From NCBI GenBank assembly GCA_947499095.1, contig CANMMR010000006.1, positions 186,664 to 250,663 on the forward strand: 64,000 nt of DNA, in the 5' to 3' direction. Source of the stretch: an uncultured Erythrobacter sp. GTDB taxonomy: Bacteria > Pseudomonadota > Alphaproteobacteria > Sphingomonadales > Sphingomonadaceae. The position numbers and the translations under genes were made by a program. Below, piece after piece: positions 1-9,964 of the stretch; position 1 is the first letter of the stretch, and each line of letters starts with the position of its first letter. Under the pieces are notes generated by a model. That model searched no databases, had not been told where the DNA came from, and was given only the letters and a program-made list of their open reading frames with translations.

Positions 1-1271
1 ATGAGCGCCAGCGCAGCGCCGACCCAGGCGAAATGGCTCGGGAATGGGACCGGCCACTGCGCATAGAGAAGGAGGCCGACAAGCGCCGCGATCCCGTTCG
101 CCTCGCGCATTTCGGGCCGTTTCCAGCCGAAGAACGCCAGTGTCGCACCGAGCAGCAGGTACAGCCCCCAGGCGAGCGGCGCGTAGCCGCCCTGATCGAT
201 CAGCAGCGCCAATTGCACGCTGGCGACCAGCGCCGCGGCGAGCCGCAACGGCTGCTCGAACCACCCGGCATCGCCGAACGCGGGCATCACCACGCCGAGG
301 ACGACGAAATAGAGACCCAGCGCGAGGATCTCCGCCACGCCCGGATCGCCGGCCAGTAGCAGCAGGGCGCCCCAGCCGAGGCCGCCGACGATGGCGGCAA
401 TGCCGAGCCATTGGCGCTGTTGCTGGCGGCCCGCATATACCAGCCCGCCGGTAACGAGGCCGAGGTAGAGCGCCAGCAGCGGCAGGTTTGCCTCCTCGCC
501 TCCGACGAGCGCAGGTGCCGCAAAGCCGCCGACCAAGCCCAAAACAGCGCTTGGCAGGCCGAAACGAAAGGACAGGCCGATTGCGCCTGCAGTGACGGCG
601 GCGAGTCCGAGAAACGCAAGCGTCTGCCCGATCAGCCCGTATTGAGAGCCGGCGAGGTAGAAACCTGCATAAAGTGTGGCTAGACCTGCGCCTGCCAGCG
701 CTTGCGCAATGCGCGGGTCGGCCACCTTGTCTCGAAAACGGTACGCCGCCTCTGCGCCGGCGATAAGTCCGCCGCCGAACAGGAATGCCATGATCACGCG
801 AAGCGTGGGTGTGATCAGCCCGCGCTCGATCGAGTAACGGACGAGGAAGACCCCCGCCACGGCGAGGGTAACGCCGCCCGCCCAGATCGGCAGTCGGCGC
901 CCGAACACGTCTTCGAGGTCGAAGCTGAAGCGCGCGAAGACCGGCTCTTTCGAGGATGGTTCATCGACGGATTGCGATGCAGGCTCCGGTTCGTCCAGCG
1001 GTGTAGCAGCGACGCCGGCTTCGTCTGCGACACTTGGGCGATCCCGCTGCAAGACCACCTTCGGGACGCTCATCGGGCGCTCGGGCGGTGCTTGGACAGC
1101 AGTGTCATCAGGGACAGGCTCGCCATGCTTGGCGTCATTGGCCGAACGCATGTAGTCGAACATGCGATCCTGCAGCTCGCTCAACTCGTCGATGCGGCGT
1201 TCGGCCTTACCGAGACGCTCGGTCAGGTAATAGGCGACCCCGCCGAGTATCAGGATGAATAGCCATTCCAC
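1..1271 (-). CDS. DUF2339-family predicted membrane protein (3' end runs off the window)
   Basis: Not in the ORF track; translated by hand. GTG start at 1271 with AGGAGG upstream. MEWLFILILGGVAYYLTERL..., then FDLEDVFGRRLPIWAGGVTLAVAGVFLVRYSIERGLITP..LRV, which is typical of the DUF2339 N-terminus, followed by many TM helices. Confidence 0.8.
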   Translation of the reverse strand, partial: MEWLFILILGGVAYYLTERLGKAERRIDELSELQDRMFDYMRSANDAKHGEPVPDDTAVQAPPERPMSVPKVVLQRDRPSVADEAGVAATPLDEPEPASQSVDEPSSKEPVFARFSFDLEDVFGRRLPIWAGGVTLAVAGVFLVRYSIERGLITPTLRVIMAFLFGGGLIAGAEAAYRFRDKVADPRIAQALAGAGLATLYAGFYLAGSQYGLIGQTLAFLGLAAVTAGAIGLSFRFGLPSAVLGLVGGFAAPALVGGEEANLPLLALYLGLVTGGLVYAGRQQQRQWLGIAAIVGGLGWGALLLLAGDPGVAEILALGLYFVVLGVVMPAFGDAGWFEQPLRLAAALVASVQLALLIDQGGYAPLAWGLYLLLGATLAFFGWKRPEMREANGIAALVGLLLYAQWPVPFPSHFAWVGAALAL

Positions 1272-1332
1272 GCGTCAGCGAACCTCCTGTAGAGCACGGA
1301 TACTGCGCGTGGCAGGCTTAACAAAGGCCTTG

Positions 1333-2088
1333 TCAGATTCCGCCGGGGGTAAAGTCGAAACCGGCGCTCGCCAGCCCGTCGCACAGGCTGTCGACACAGC
1401 TTTTCAGTTCTCCGCGGTCGGTCGAGCGGACCACGAAATTCGCGCCCACGCGGCCCTCGCGAAAGAAGGGGTAGCTACCGATCTGGCACGAGGCATGGGT
1501 CTGTTCGACCTGCCGTAAGATGTCGGCGACCTCGCTTTCTGGGGTCCAGCAGCCGACCGTGTCCGAGATCAGGGGCTTACCGCCCTGCAGCGTACCCGTC
1601 AGCGCGTCGAGCATGCCAGCCGTGATATGGGGCACACCCGCCATCAGATGCACGTTGCCGATCTTGATCCCCGGTGCACCGGACATGCGGTTGGCGATCA
1701 GCTCCGCCCCCTCGGGCACGCGGGCCATGCGCAGACGTGCATCCGTGACGCCGCCTTTGTCGGCATAGTATTTCTCGAGAATTTCCCGCGCTGTCGGGTG
1801 CACTACGACATCGACACCCAGCGCCGCCGCAACCGCATCGACCGTGATGTCGTCATGCGTGGGGCCGATCCCGCCGGTGGTGAAGAGATAGTCGTTCGCC
1901 TCGCGAAGCGCGTTCACCGCTTCCACGATCCGTTCGATCACGTCCGGCACGACGCGGACCTCGGCAAGGCGGATGCCCTGCACCTGCAGCCAGCTGGCGA
2001 CCTGCGCGATATTCTTGTCATGCGTGCGGCCGGACAGGATCTCGTCGCCGATGACGACGAGGCCGGCGGTGTAGATGCGTTCGCTCAT
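1333..2088 (-). CDS. Competence/damage-inducible CinA-like molybdopterin-binding domain protein
   Basis: IGDEILSGRTHDKN and TTGGIGPTHDDIT motifs; 251 aa. Confidence 0.88.
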   Translation of the reverse strand: MSERIYTAGLVVIGDEILSGRTHDKNIAQVASWLQVQGIRLAEVRVVPDVIERIVEAVNALREANDYLFTTGGIGPTHDDITVDAVAAALGVDVVVHPTAREILEKYYADKGGVTDARLRMARVPEGAELIANRMSGAPGIKIGNVHLMAGVPHITAGMLDALTGTLQGGKPLISDTVGCWTPESEVADILRQVEQTHASCQIGSYPFFREGRVGANFVVRSTDRGELKSCVDSLCDGLASAGFDFTPGGI

Positions 2089-2121
2089 GCGCTCCGACCT
2101 AATGCGGTGCGGCGCGGAAAG

Positions 2122-3624
2122 CTACTCCGCAGCTTCCATGCTTCCCTGCGCAGCCGAAACCTCTTCGGTCGCGCGGAAGAAGGTGAGCACGCCGTCATCG
2201 ACCGGCTCGCTCGCCATGCGCTTGCGATCGAGCACATATTCCTGGTTCAGCCGCCAGGGATAGCCCACCGCGTTCTTTGGCATGATGTGCTTGGAGCGTT
2301 GGATATAGCCCGAAGAGAAGTCGAAGATATCGTCTTCCTCCAGATCGTGATCGTCGGGCAGGCGGGGCACGGCGATGTCGACGTCCATGCCCTTCATCAG
2401 GTTGAGCACGCGGCAGACGTAATCCGAATTGATGTCCGCGCGCAGCGTCCAGCTGGCGTTGAGATAGCCGAACACGACCGCCAGGTTCGGTACGTTCGAG
2501 AACATGCAGCCCTTGTAGTAGAAGTGCTCTGCCAGATCGATCGGCTCACTTTCCTTCGACAGCTCGATCTTGCCTGCCACCGCCAGTTTGAGGCCGGTCG
2601 CGGTTACGACGAGATCGGCAGGCAGGAAGGTGTCGTCCGTCAGCCGGACCCCGCCCTTCTCGAATGCCTTGATGTGGCCGGTCACTACGTCCGCTTTGCC
2701 GCTCTTCATGGCCTCGAACAGATCGTCGTCCGGCACCAGGCAAAGGCGCTGCTCCCACGGGTTGTAGGGCGGGGTGAAGTCGGCGAGATCGTAATCCTCG
2801 CCCATCGACTTGCGAATGCGCTTGTGCAGGCCTTCCGCCATCTTGTCGGGTTTGGTGCGCGCCCGTTTGAAGCCGAAATCCTGCAGTTTGATGTTTTTCC
2901 ACCGGGTGATCTTGTAGGCGGTTTCTTCCGGCAGAACCTTGCGCAGGAAATTCGCGATCGAATCCTTGGCCGGGCGGCTGAACATCCAGGTCGGTGTGCG
3001 CTGGAGCATCGTCACCTTGGCCGCCTTGTCGGCCATCGAGGGCACGATGGTGACGGCGGTTGCGCCGGACCCGATCACGACGACGTTCTTGCCCGCATAG
3101 TCGAGGTCTTCGGGCCAGAATTGCGGATGCAGGACCTGGCCTTCGAATTCGCCGAAATCGAAGCCCGGGTCGTAGGGCTCGTCGTAATCGTAATAGCCTG
3201 CGCCGAGGTAGAGCCAGTTCGCGGTGAGATGCTTGCGCTCGCCTTCCTTCGTTTCGAGCGTGACATGCCAGCGGGCCTCGCTGCCGCGCCAGTCGGCGGA
3301 AAGGACCTTGTGGCCGAAGCGGATATGCTGCCGGATGTCTCGCTCGTCGGCGATGCGCTCGAGATAGTCGAGGATGGCAGGGGCATCGGCGATGGACTTT
3401 TCATGCTTCCACGGTTCGAATTCAAACCCCAGCGTATGCATGTCGCTGTCCGAGCGGATGCCGGGATAGCGGAACAGGTCCCATGTGCCGCCGATGTTGT
3501 CGCGTCGCTCGACGATGGCGAAACTATGGGTCGGGGCCTTGTCCTTCATATGCGCCGCCATTCCGATACCGGATATGCCTGCGCCGACAATCAGCACATC
3601 GAAATCGCTCGCCAAGTCAGCCAT
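2122..3624 (-). CDS. Flavin-containing (Baeyer-Villiger, EthA-like) monooxygenase
   Basis: GAGISG and GSGATA Rossmann motifs, GGTWDLFRYPGIRSDSD, BVMO fingerprint FEGQVLHPQFWP. Confidence 0.9.
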   Translation of the reverse strand: MADLASDFDVLIVGAGISGIGMAAHMKDKAPTHSFAIVERRDNIGGTWDLFRYPGIRSDSDMHTLGFEFEPWKHEKSIADAPAILDYLERIADERDIRQHIRFGHKVLSADWRGSEARWHVTLETKEGERKHLTANWLYLGAGYYDYDEPYDPGFDFGEFEGQVLHPQFWPEDLDYAGKNVVVIGSGATAVTIVPSMADKAAKVTMLQRTPTWMFSRPAKDSIANFLRKVLPEETAYKITRWKNIKLQDFGFKRARTKPDKMAEGLHKRIRKSMGEDYDLADFTPPYNPWEQRLCLVPDDDLFEAMKSGKADVVTGHIKAFEKGGVRLTDDTFLPADLVVTATGLKLAVAGKIELSKESEPIDLAEHFYYKGCMFSNVPNLAVVFGYLNASWTLRADINSDYVCRVLNLMKGMDVDIAVPRLPDDHDLEEDDIFDFSSGYIQRSKHIMPKNAVGYPWRLNQEYVLDRKRMASEPVDDGVLTFFRATEEVSAAQGSMEAAE

Positions 3625-3731
3625 TCTTCTCTCCTTTTGGTCACAGAATAGACCATGAGAGCGGCAAGCGCCAGTCAGTCTCTAAATGAAATGTTTTGTG
3701 GGGAGCTCGCCTTCGGGCACCGCAGTCAGGG

Positions 3732-5036
3732 TCAAAATAGCTGGCGCGATCCCTGGCTCGCCAGCGCCCGGCGTCGGTCGGCCGGTGTTTCTCCGGCCGA
3801 GTCATACGGCGTGATAGTCCGCGGAGTGTTCGGCTTTTTGAACCTGGCAAATAGAAGAACGAGCAGGAACGGACCGAAATAGAACGGTAGCTGGCGCAAC
3901 AGGGTCAGCAATATGCCATCGCGGAACACCACGATGGTCGTAGCTGCCAGCAAAGCATAGGCAAGCATCGCCACCGGCGTGGCCGATTGACCGAGCAGCC
4001 GGGCGTAGATCGCGCCGTAGAGCCAGGCCAAAAGCGCGGCGTAGATCGCAATCCCGACATATCCGAACGACATCCACCCCGCGCCGGGCAGCGAGATCGT
4101 CATGCCGATCGGCGTGCCGTAATCCCAGAACTCGAAAAATTTGACCGGCGATCCGATTGGCTTGTCGGGCCATAGCGATCGCGGAACGGGTTCTGTGAAA
4201 ATCTGCAGATTATGCGCGAAATAATCCCAGCTGCCGGTGCGTTGCGGGACCGCGTAGACGATATATTCGAAATACTCGAGATTGGCGAAATCCATGTGCT
4301 CGAGCGGGTCGAGAGCGTGGGCGGTGGTGTAGCCGCCATCGAGGTCCGAACCCAGCATGCTGCGCAAACTCTGGCCGCGATCGATCACGACCGCATTGAA
4401 GACAAGCACTGCGAGAATGCCCAGCCCGGCAACTCGTGGGTCGAACCAGCGTCTACCCCGCTCCAGCAAGAAGATAATCGCAATGGCAGTGGCCGCGAAG
4501 ACGAATGCGCCGCGCCCTCCCGAGCCGAGCATCAGCACGCTGGCGATCGCGAAAATGAACCATCCCAAGGGCCGATAGCGCAGCAGCCAGACGGCGAATA
4601 CAGAGAGGGGCGCGAGTATCAGGGCGGATTCCATAAACCAGCCGTTGGCCTCGACATTGACCATGATGCCCGTCCCGGCATCGCGGGCGAGGCCGGCAGG
4701 AATGATCATCGCGCCTGCGATCAGGGCCGCGATGGCCAGCGCGCTTGGCCCGGTTCCCCAGATCCAGCTCGCCCGGAACGCTGCACGCGCGTCGGTCCAG
4801 CGATCCTCTCTCGCAGCGGCAAGGGCTGCGTTCCCGCCCGCGCCGGAAAAGGCCTGTCCCGCCATGACCTGATAGGATGGAACCGCGAAGATCATCATCC
4901 ACGTGCCGACGCGATTGGCTGGCCAATTCGCAAACAGGATCGGCAGCGTCGCCAATTGGACGGCGACACGGGTCGCAATCCCGCCGAGATAGGAAATTGC
5001 CGCGCCCAGCAGCCGACGCCGAGTGCTCTGCCGCAT
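3732..5036 (-). CDS. Chimeric polysaccharide-biosynthesis membrane protein: Wzx flippase-like N-terminus fused to Wzy polymerase-like C-terminus
   Basis: First ~118 aa resemble a flippase start (VQLATLPILFANW..VGTWMMIFAVPSY). The remainder has Wzy-like features (GGRGAFVF; LEYFEYIVYAVP; FTEPVPRSLWPDKP; SLPGAGWMSFGYVG). Confidence 0.6.
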   Translation of the reverse strand: MRQSTRRRLLGAAISYLGGIATRVAVQLATLPILFANWPANRVGTWMMIFAVPSYQVMAGQAFSGAGGNAALAAAREDRWTDARAAFRASWIWGTGPSALAIAALIAGAMIIPAGLARDAGTGIMVNVEANGWFMESALILAPLSVFAVWLLRYRPLGWFIFAIASVLMLGSGGRGAFVFAATAIAIIFLLERGRRWFDPRVAGLGILAVLVFNAVVIDRGQSLRSMLGSDLDGGYTTAHALDPLEHMDFANLEYFEYIVYAVPQRTGSWDYFAHNLQIFTEPVPRSLWPDKPIGSPVKFFEFWDYGTPIGMTISLPGAGWMSFGYVGIAIYAALLAWLYGAIYARLLGQSATPVAMLAYALLAATTIVVFRDGILLTLLRQLPFYFGPFLLVLLFARFKKPNTPRTITPYDSAGETPADRRRALASQGSRQLF

Positions 5037-5037
5037 G

Positions 5038-5346
5038 CTATTCGCCTTCGCGGCGATCCATCTCGCGGACGATGTGCTCGAGTACGCTGGGATGGAGCGG
5101 ACGATCGAATTGCGCGCCGACCGTGCTGCCCTCGCGCCATTTCACCTCTGCGGGGATAGGGCCGATGTTCCCGAGCTTGACCAAGATTTCCCCGTCTTCC
5201 TCGAGGATGGAGAATCTGTCGAAAAAGCGACAGCCATATTCGGAAACATCCTTGATCCAGACATCTCGTGAATTTCCATGCTTGCCGCGATAGCGACCTG
5301 CGACCTGGACTGTGAACCGGTCTTCCCGTCGATGGTCCTGCGCCAT
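5038..5346 (-). CDS. PilZ domain-containing protein
   Basis: RREDRF (RxxxR) and DVSEYG (DxSxxG) c-di-GMP-binding motifs; alternative GTG start at 5367. Confidence 0.85.
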   Translation of the reverse strand: MAQDHRREDRFTVQVAGRYRGKHGNSRDVWIKDVSEYGCRFFDRFSILEEDGEILVKLGNIGPIPAEVKWREGSTVGAQFDRPLHPSVLEHIVREMDRREGE

Positions 5347-5430
5347 GCGATATCCCTCAGTTCCCACCCTCTTATGCGGTGCCGGTTCGTCTGTGCAAGT
5401 GCGGGCTTAACTGCACTACTCGCAATCTCG

Positions 5431-5445
5431 TGAACTTCGGGTTAG
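5431..5445 (-). promoter_or_regulatory. Putative CtrA box upstream of the pilZ gene
   Basis: TGAA-N7-TTAG, two mismatches to TTAA-N7-TTAA. Confidence 0.35.
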
Positions 5446-5463
5446 GGACACGGCAAAACTGCC

Positions 5464-6504
5464 ATGGGACGTGGGATGTCGAACAGTCTGAACGGTGCGC
5501 CGCGGCGCGTGACCTCGATCGATGTTGCCGAGCGTGCAGGGGTGAGCCAGTCGACCGTCAGCCGAGCGCTTTCTGGGTCCGAAACCATTACCGAAGCGAC
5601 CCGCCGCCGGGTCGAGCAGGCGGCACAGGAGCTCGGCTACCACGTCAATGCCCGCGCGGCCGGTCTGCGGCGTGGCGAAACCGGGACGATCGCGATCGTC
5701 GTGATCGGCCGGGCAGGGCAGGGCGCTGCCGCGATCAATCCGTTCTATTATTCGATGCTGGGCAGCACCTGCGCGGCGGCGGCGGAGCGGGGTTACGAAG
5801 CGCTCGTCTCTTTCCAGGCCGAGCCCGAGGAACTGTTCGGCCACTACGTCGCGCGGCGGCAGGCCGATGGCGTCGTCGTGATCGGCACTGCGACCAATCA
5901 GCCCGCATGGGACTATTTCCGCGAATGCGCCGGGCAGAGCGAGTCCATCGCGTTCTGGGGCTCGCCGTTCGATGATGCCACTTGGGTACGCTCCGACAAT
6001 CGCGACGGGGGGCGGATTGCAGTCGAGCGGCTGGTCAAGGGCGGCGCGAAATCGATCCACTTCGTCGGCGACACGCACTCGTCGCAGCGCCAGTTCTCGG
6101 AACGCTACGAGGGCTATCGCGCGGCGATGAAGGCGGGTGGTCTGGAAGTTCACGAACCCTTGGTCGGGGAAGGCGAGGATCGCGTTTCGCAGGGTCGCAA
6201 CGCCATCGCCACGCTGGTCGAGAGGGGTGCGGATTTCGACGGGCTCTTCTTCGCCTGCGATGCGATGGCGCTGGGCGCGCTGGAGGAACTCGCCTCGCGC
6301 AAGATCGCGGTGCCCGGCAACGTCTCGGTGATCGGGTTCGACGGGCTCGGCTCGGGCGAATTCAGCGCACCGCCGCTGACCACGGTGGAGCCGGACTTCG
6401 CGATGGCGGGCAAGCTGCTCATCGACACAGCGCTGGCCAAGGAGGGCGAGAAGCCGGAGCGGCGGGTACCCGTGCGGCTGGTGGAGCGCGCCAGCGTGGG
6501 CTGA
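5464..6504 (+). CDS. LacI-family transcriptional regulator
   Basis: HTH TSIDVAERAGVSQSTVSRAL, hinge AAGLR, C-terminal IGFDG...PPLTTV. Confidence 0.93.
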   Translation: MGRGMSNSLNGAPRRVTSIDVAERAGVSQSTVSRALSGSETITEATRRRVEQAAQELGYHVNARAAGLRRGETGTIAIVVIGRAGQGAAAINPFYYSMLGSTCAAAAERGYEALVSFQAEPEELFGHYVARRQADGVVVIGTATNQPAWDYFRECAGQSESIAFWGSPFDDATWVRSDNRDGGRIAVERLVKGGAKSIHFVGDTHSSQRQFSERYEGYRAAMKAGGLEVHEPLVGEGEDRVSQGRNAIATLVERGADFDGLFFACDAMALGALEELASRKIAVPGNVSVIGFDGLGSGEFSAPPLTTVEPDFAMAGKLLIDTALAKEGEKPERRVPVRLVERASVG

Positions 6505-6582
6505 GACGCCAAGGCGCAATCGCCATTTGCCCTCGCGCCCCAGCCGCCTATGAAGCGGGCAAGGCATTCGAGGGAGACAATC

Positions 6583-9500
6583 ATGAAATCCAGCATCGCA
6601 TCCGTCCTTGCAGTCCTGTTCGCGAGCCAGGCGGCCTATGCGCAGGAACCCGAACCGACTCCCGATCCGGTCGAAGAGCAGGAGGTCGATGCTTCGCAGG
6701 ACGAACAGCCTGCCGAAGGCTCCGGCATGGCGGTCGATGCCGCTCCGGCGACAGCCAATCCGGCAGCGTCGAGCAGCGACGACGAAAGCTGGGACGTCGC
6801 CAATCCGCGCGGCTTTACCATCCGGCAGGTACCGATCCGCACCGATGAGGGTACGTGGATCGATGTCGATGTCTCGCCCGATGGGCGGACGCTCGCCTTC
6901 GCGCTGCTCGGCGATATTTACACCATGCCGATCGCCGACGGCACGCCTCGCAGGATCGCAGAGGGCCTAGCCTGGGAGGTGCAGCCTCGCTTTTCGCCCG
7001 ACGGACGACGCATCGCATTCACCAGCGACCGTGGCGGCGGCGACAACATCTGGGTGATGAATGCCGACGGCTCGAACAAGAGCCAGGTGACCAAGGAAGA
7101 ATTCCGCCTGCTGAACCAGCCCGACTGGTCGCCGGACGGCAAATATATCGTCGCCAAGAAGCACTTCACGACCGAACGCTCTCTCGGAACGGGCGAAATC
7201 TGGCTCTACCACCCTTCCGGCGGTGGCGGCGTCAAGCTGGTCGCGCGCGCCAATGAGACCTTGCAGAAGGAGCTCGGCGAGCCGATCTACGCACCGGGCG
7301 GCGAGGCAGTCTACTACACACGCAACGTCACCGGCGGACCGATCTTCGAATATGCGCAGGATTCGACGCAAGGGACGTTCGCTATCGAGCGTTACGACCT
7401 CGCCACCACAGAAGTGACGACTGCTGCCAGCGGATACGGCGGGGCAGTGCGCCCGACACCGTCGCCCGATGGCACGTCGCTTGCTTTCATCCGGCGCGAC
7501 AAGGATACGACCGAACTCTGGGTGAAGAACCTCGCCACCGGCGTCGAGCGGATGATCTACGGCGATCTCGATCTCGACATGCAGGAAACCTGGGCGGTCT
7601 ACGGCTTCTATCCGCGCATGGACTGGACACCTGACGGCAGCGCAATCGTCGCCTGGGCTGGCGGCAAGATCCGCCGCATCGCCGCCGATGGTAGCGGCGC
7701 GAGCGTGATCCCGTTCCGGATCGACGACACGCGCGGCGTGGCCGATGCGCCTCATCCCGTGATCCCGGTAGGAGAGGACAGCTTTACGGCGAAAATCCCG
7801 CGCTTCGCCAGCGTTAGCCCGGATGGCCGCACGGTCGTCTTCGAAAGCCTCGGCAAGCTTTACACTAAGTCGCTCGGCGGCGGCGAGCCGCGGCGCTTCT
7901 TGTCCGATGACGGCGAGGCGCTGGAGCTGTGGCCCAGTTGGTCGCGCGACGGCCGGCGGGTCGTATTCGTGCGCTGGACCGACGATGGCTTGGGGCAGGT
8001 CATGACGGCAGACGCCAATGGTCGCAATGTACGGGCCGTGACCCGCACACGCGGCCATTACGCGCAGCCGCAATTCTCGCCCGACGGCGATACCATCGTG
8101 TTCGAAAAACGCTCGGGCGGGTATCTCACCTCGCCGGAATACTCGGAGAACGAGGGCGTCTATTCGGTTTCCGCAAACGGCGGCACGCCCACGCTGGTAG
8201 CCCGCGACACGACCGATCCCCAATTCGGCGCCGAGAACGACCGCCTGTTCATGCTCGGCCGGTCGGGCGGCAAGCTCCAGCTGCTGTCCGCTACTCTCGC
8301 CGGCGACCGCCGTCAGGTCCACGCGGAAGGCGAGCTGGTAAGCGGCTACAGCGTCAGCCCGCGCGGCGACATGCTAGCATTCCGCGAGAATTACGAAGTC
8401 TTCGTCACGCCTCTCCTGCCAGGTGGTCAGGCGGTGACACTGGGCGAGACAGCCAGTTCGCTACCGGTTACGCGCGCCAGCAAAGGCGGGGCGGACTACA
8501 TCGGCTGGACTGATGGGGGCAGCACGCTGACCTGGTCGATGGGGCCGACGCTCTATCGCGCTCCGACCTCGGCGATGTTCTCCAATGCGCCGCGGGCCAA
8601 GGACGCGCCGAAATTCACGCCGCCTGCCAGTGGCATCTCGCTCGCCCGGACGATCCGCGCGGATAAGCCGACGGGCGTCGTCGCGCTGACCGGCGCGCGC
8701 ATCCTGACCATGACCGGCGACGGCGCAGGCGCGATCGAGAATGGAACGATCGTGATCCGCGGTGACCGGATCTCTGCAGTGGGCGCGGCCGATACCGTGG
8801 CCGTCCCGGCGGGCGCGACGGTGATCGACGCAGCGGGCAAGACGATCATGCCCGGCCTCGTCGATGCCCATGCCCACGGACCACAGGGCGTGGCCGATCT
8901 CATCCCGCAACAGAACTGGTCGCTGGTCCAGAACCTCGCATTGGGCACCACCACGCTCCACGATCCGTCTTCGCGCGCCAGCATGATTTTCGCAGCGTCG
9001 GAACGGCAGCGGGCGGGCAGTCTGCTGGCTCCGCGCATCTTCTCGACCGGCGAGATCATCTACGGCGCCAAGGCACCTTCGGTCTATGCTCGCATCGACG
9101 GATACGAGGACGCGCTGGCACACGTGCGCCGGATCAAGGCGCAAGGCGGCGTCTCGGTGAAGAACTACAACCAGCCGCGGCGCGAACAACGCCAGCAGGT
9201 GGTCGCCGCCGCTATGGCCGAGGACATGCTTGTGGTCGCCGAGGGCGGTTCGCTGTTCGGCATGGACATGAACCTGATCGCCGATGGCAATTCGACCGTC
9301 GAGCACAATGTCCCAGTCGAATATTTCTACGAAGACGTGCTGCAGTTCTGGGGCGGGTCGCAGACCAACAATACGCCGACGCTGGTGGTCACCTATGGCG
9401 GGCTTGCGGGCGACCCGTATTGGCGGCAGGCGACAGACGTGTTCGACAATCCGCTGCTCGTCCACACCCCGCCACGCCAGCTGATCGCGCAAACCGCGCG

Positions 9501-9909
9501 GCGCGTCACGGCGCCGGAATGGGCCTTCGTCGATGATGATGCAGCGCGCGAAACGAAGAAGCTGGCCGAGCGAGGCGTGAAGATCAGCATCGGTGCGCAT
9601 GGCCAGCAGGCAGGTATCGCCGCGCATTGGGAGCTGTGGAGCTTCGTGCGCGGCGGCATGACCCCGGTCGAGGCTCTGCGGGCGGGCACGATCTGGTCCG
9701 CCCAGTCGCTCGGCATGGACCGCGACATCGGCAGCCTCGAGGTCGGCAAGCTGGCCGACCTGCTGGTCCTTTCCGCCGATCCGAGCGTCGATATTCGCAA
9801 TTCCGACGATATCGAGCGCGTGATGCTCGGTGGCAGGCTCTACGATGCGCGCACGATGAACGAGGTCGAGACGGGCTCGGAAACCCGCCGGCCGTATTGG
9901 TGGGAGTGA
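6583..9909 (+). CDS. Secreted amidohydrolase with TolB/PD40 beta-propeller repeats
   Basis: Signal peptide MKSSIASVLAVLFASQAAYA, repeated SPDG propeller motifs, metal-binding DAHAH, GKLADLLVL C-terminal motif; GGGAGA RBS before ATG 6583. Confidence 0.88.
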   Translation: MKSSIASVLAVLFASQAAYAQEPEPTPDPVEEQEVDASQDEQPAEGSGMAVDAAPATANPAASSSDDESWDVANPRGFTIRQVPIRTDEGTWIDVDVSPDGRTLAFALLGDIYTMPIADGTPRRIAEGLAWEVQPRFSPDGRRIAFTSDRGGGDNIWVMNADGSNKSQVTKEEFRLLNQPDWSPDGKYIVAKKHFTTERSLGTGEIWLYHPSGGGGVKLVARANETLQKELGEPIYAPGGEAVYYTRNVTGGPIFEYAQDSTQGTFAIERYDLATTEVTTAASGYGGAVRPTPSPDGTSLAFIRRDKDTTELWVKNLATGVERMIYGDLDLDMQETWAVYGFYPRMDWTPDGSAIVAWAGGKIRRIAADGSGASVIPFRIDDTRGVADAPHPVIPVGEDSFTAKIPRFASVSPDGRTVVFESLGKLYTKSLGGGEPRRFLSDDGEALELWPSWSRDGRRVVFVRWTDDGLGQVMTADANGRNVRAVTRTRGHYAQPQFSPDGDTIVFEKRSGGYLTSPEYSENEGVYSVSANGGTPTLVARDTTDPQFGAENDRLFMLGRSGGKLQLLSATLAGDRRQVHAEGELVSGYSVSPRGDMLAFRENYEVFVTPLLPGGQAVTLGETASSLPVTRASKGGADYIGWTDGGSTLTWSMGPTLYRAPTSAMFSNAPRAKDAPKFTPPASGISLARTIRADKPTGVVALTGARILTMTGDGAGAIENGTIVIRGDRISAVGAADTVAVPAGATVIDAAGKTIMPGLVDAHAHGPQGVADLIPQQNWSLVQNLALGTTTLHDPSSRASMIFAASERQRAGSLLAPRIFSTGEIIYGAKAPSVYARIDGYEDALAHVRRIKAQGGVSVKNYNQPRREQRQQVVAAAMAEDMLVVAEGGSLFGMDMNLIADGNSTVEHNVPVEYFYEDVLQFWGGSQTNNTPTLVVTYGGLAGDPYWRQATDVFDNPLLVHTPPRQLIAQTARRVTAPEWAFVDDDAARETKKLAERGVKISIGAHGQQAGIAAHWELWSFVRGGMTPVEALRAGTIWSAQSLGMDRDIGSLEVGKLADLLVLSADPSVDIRNSDDIERVMLGGRLYDARTMNEVETGSETRRPYWWE

Positions 9910-9917
9910 CGTGATCG

Positions 9918-9952
9918 CTGCGGGCGATGCGCCGTCTGCGCAACGCCCGCAG
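9918..9952. terminator. GC-rich hairpin between convergent genes (probable bidirectional terminator)
   Basis: CTGCGGGCG/CGCCCGCAG outer stem plus TGCGC/GCGCA inner stem. Confidence 0.55.
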
Positions 9953-9964
9953 TAAACGAATCGT

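Noticed and set aside
1627-3651. 674-aa plus-strand ORF, and similar long ORFs (17808-19490, 35517-37292, 58168-59649, 60021-61307, 8461-10008)
   Set aside because: Antisense shadows of well-supported genes in high-GC DNA, with no recognisable motifs.
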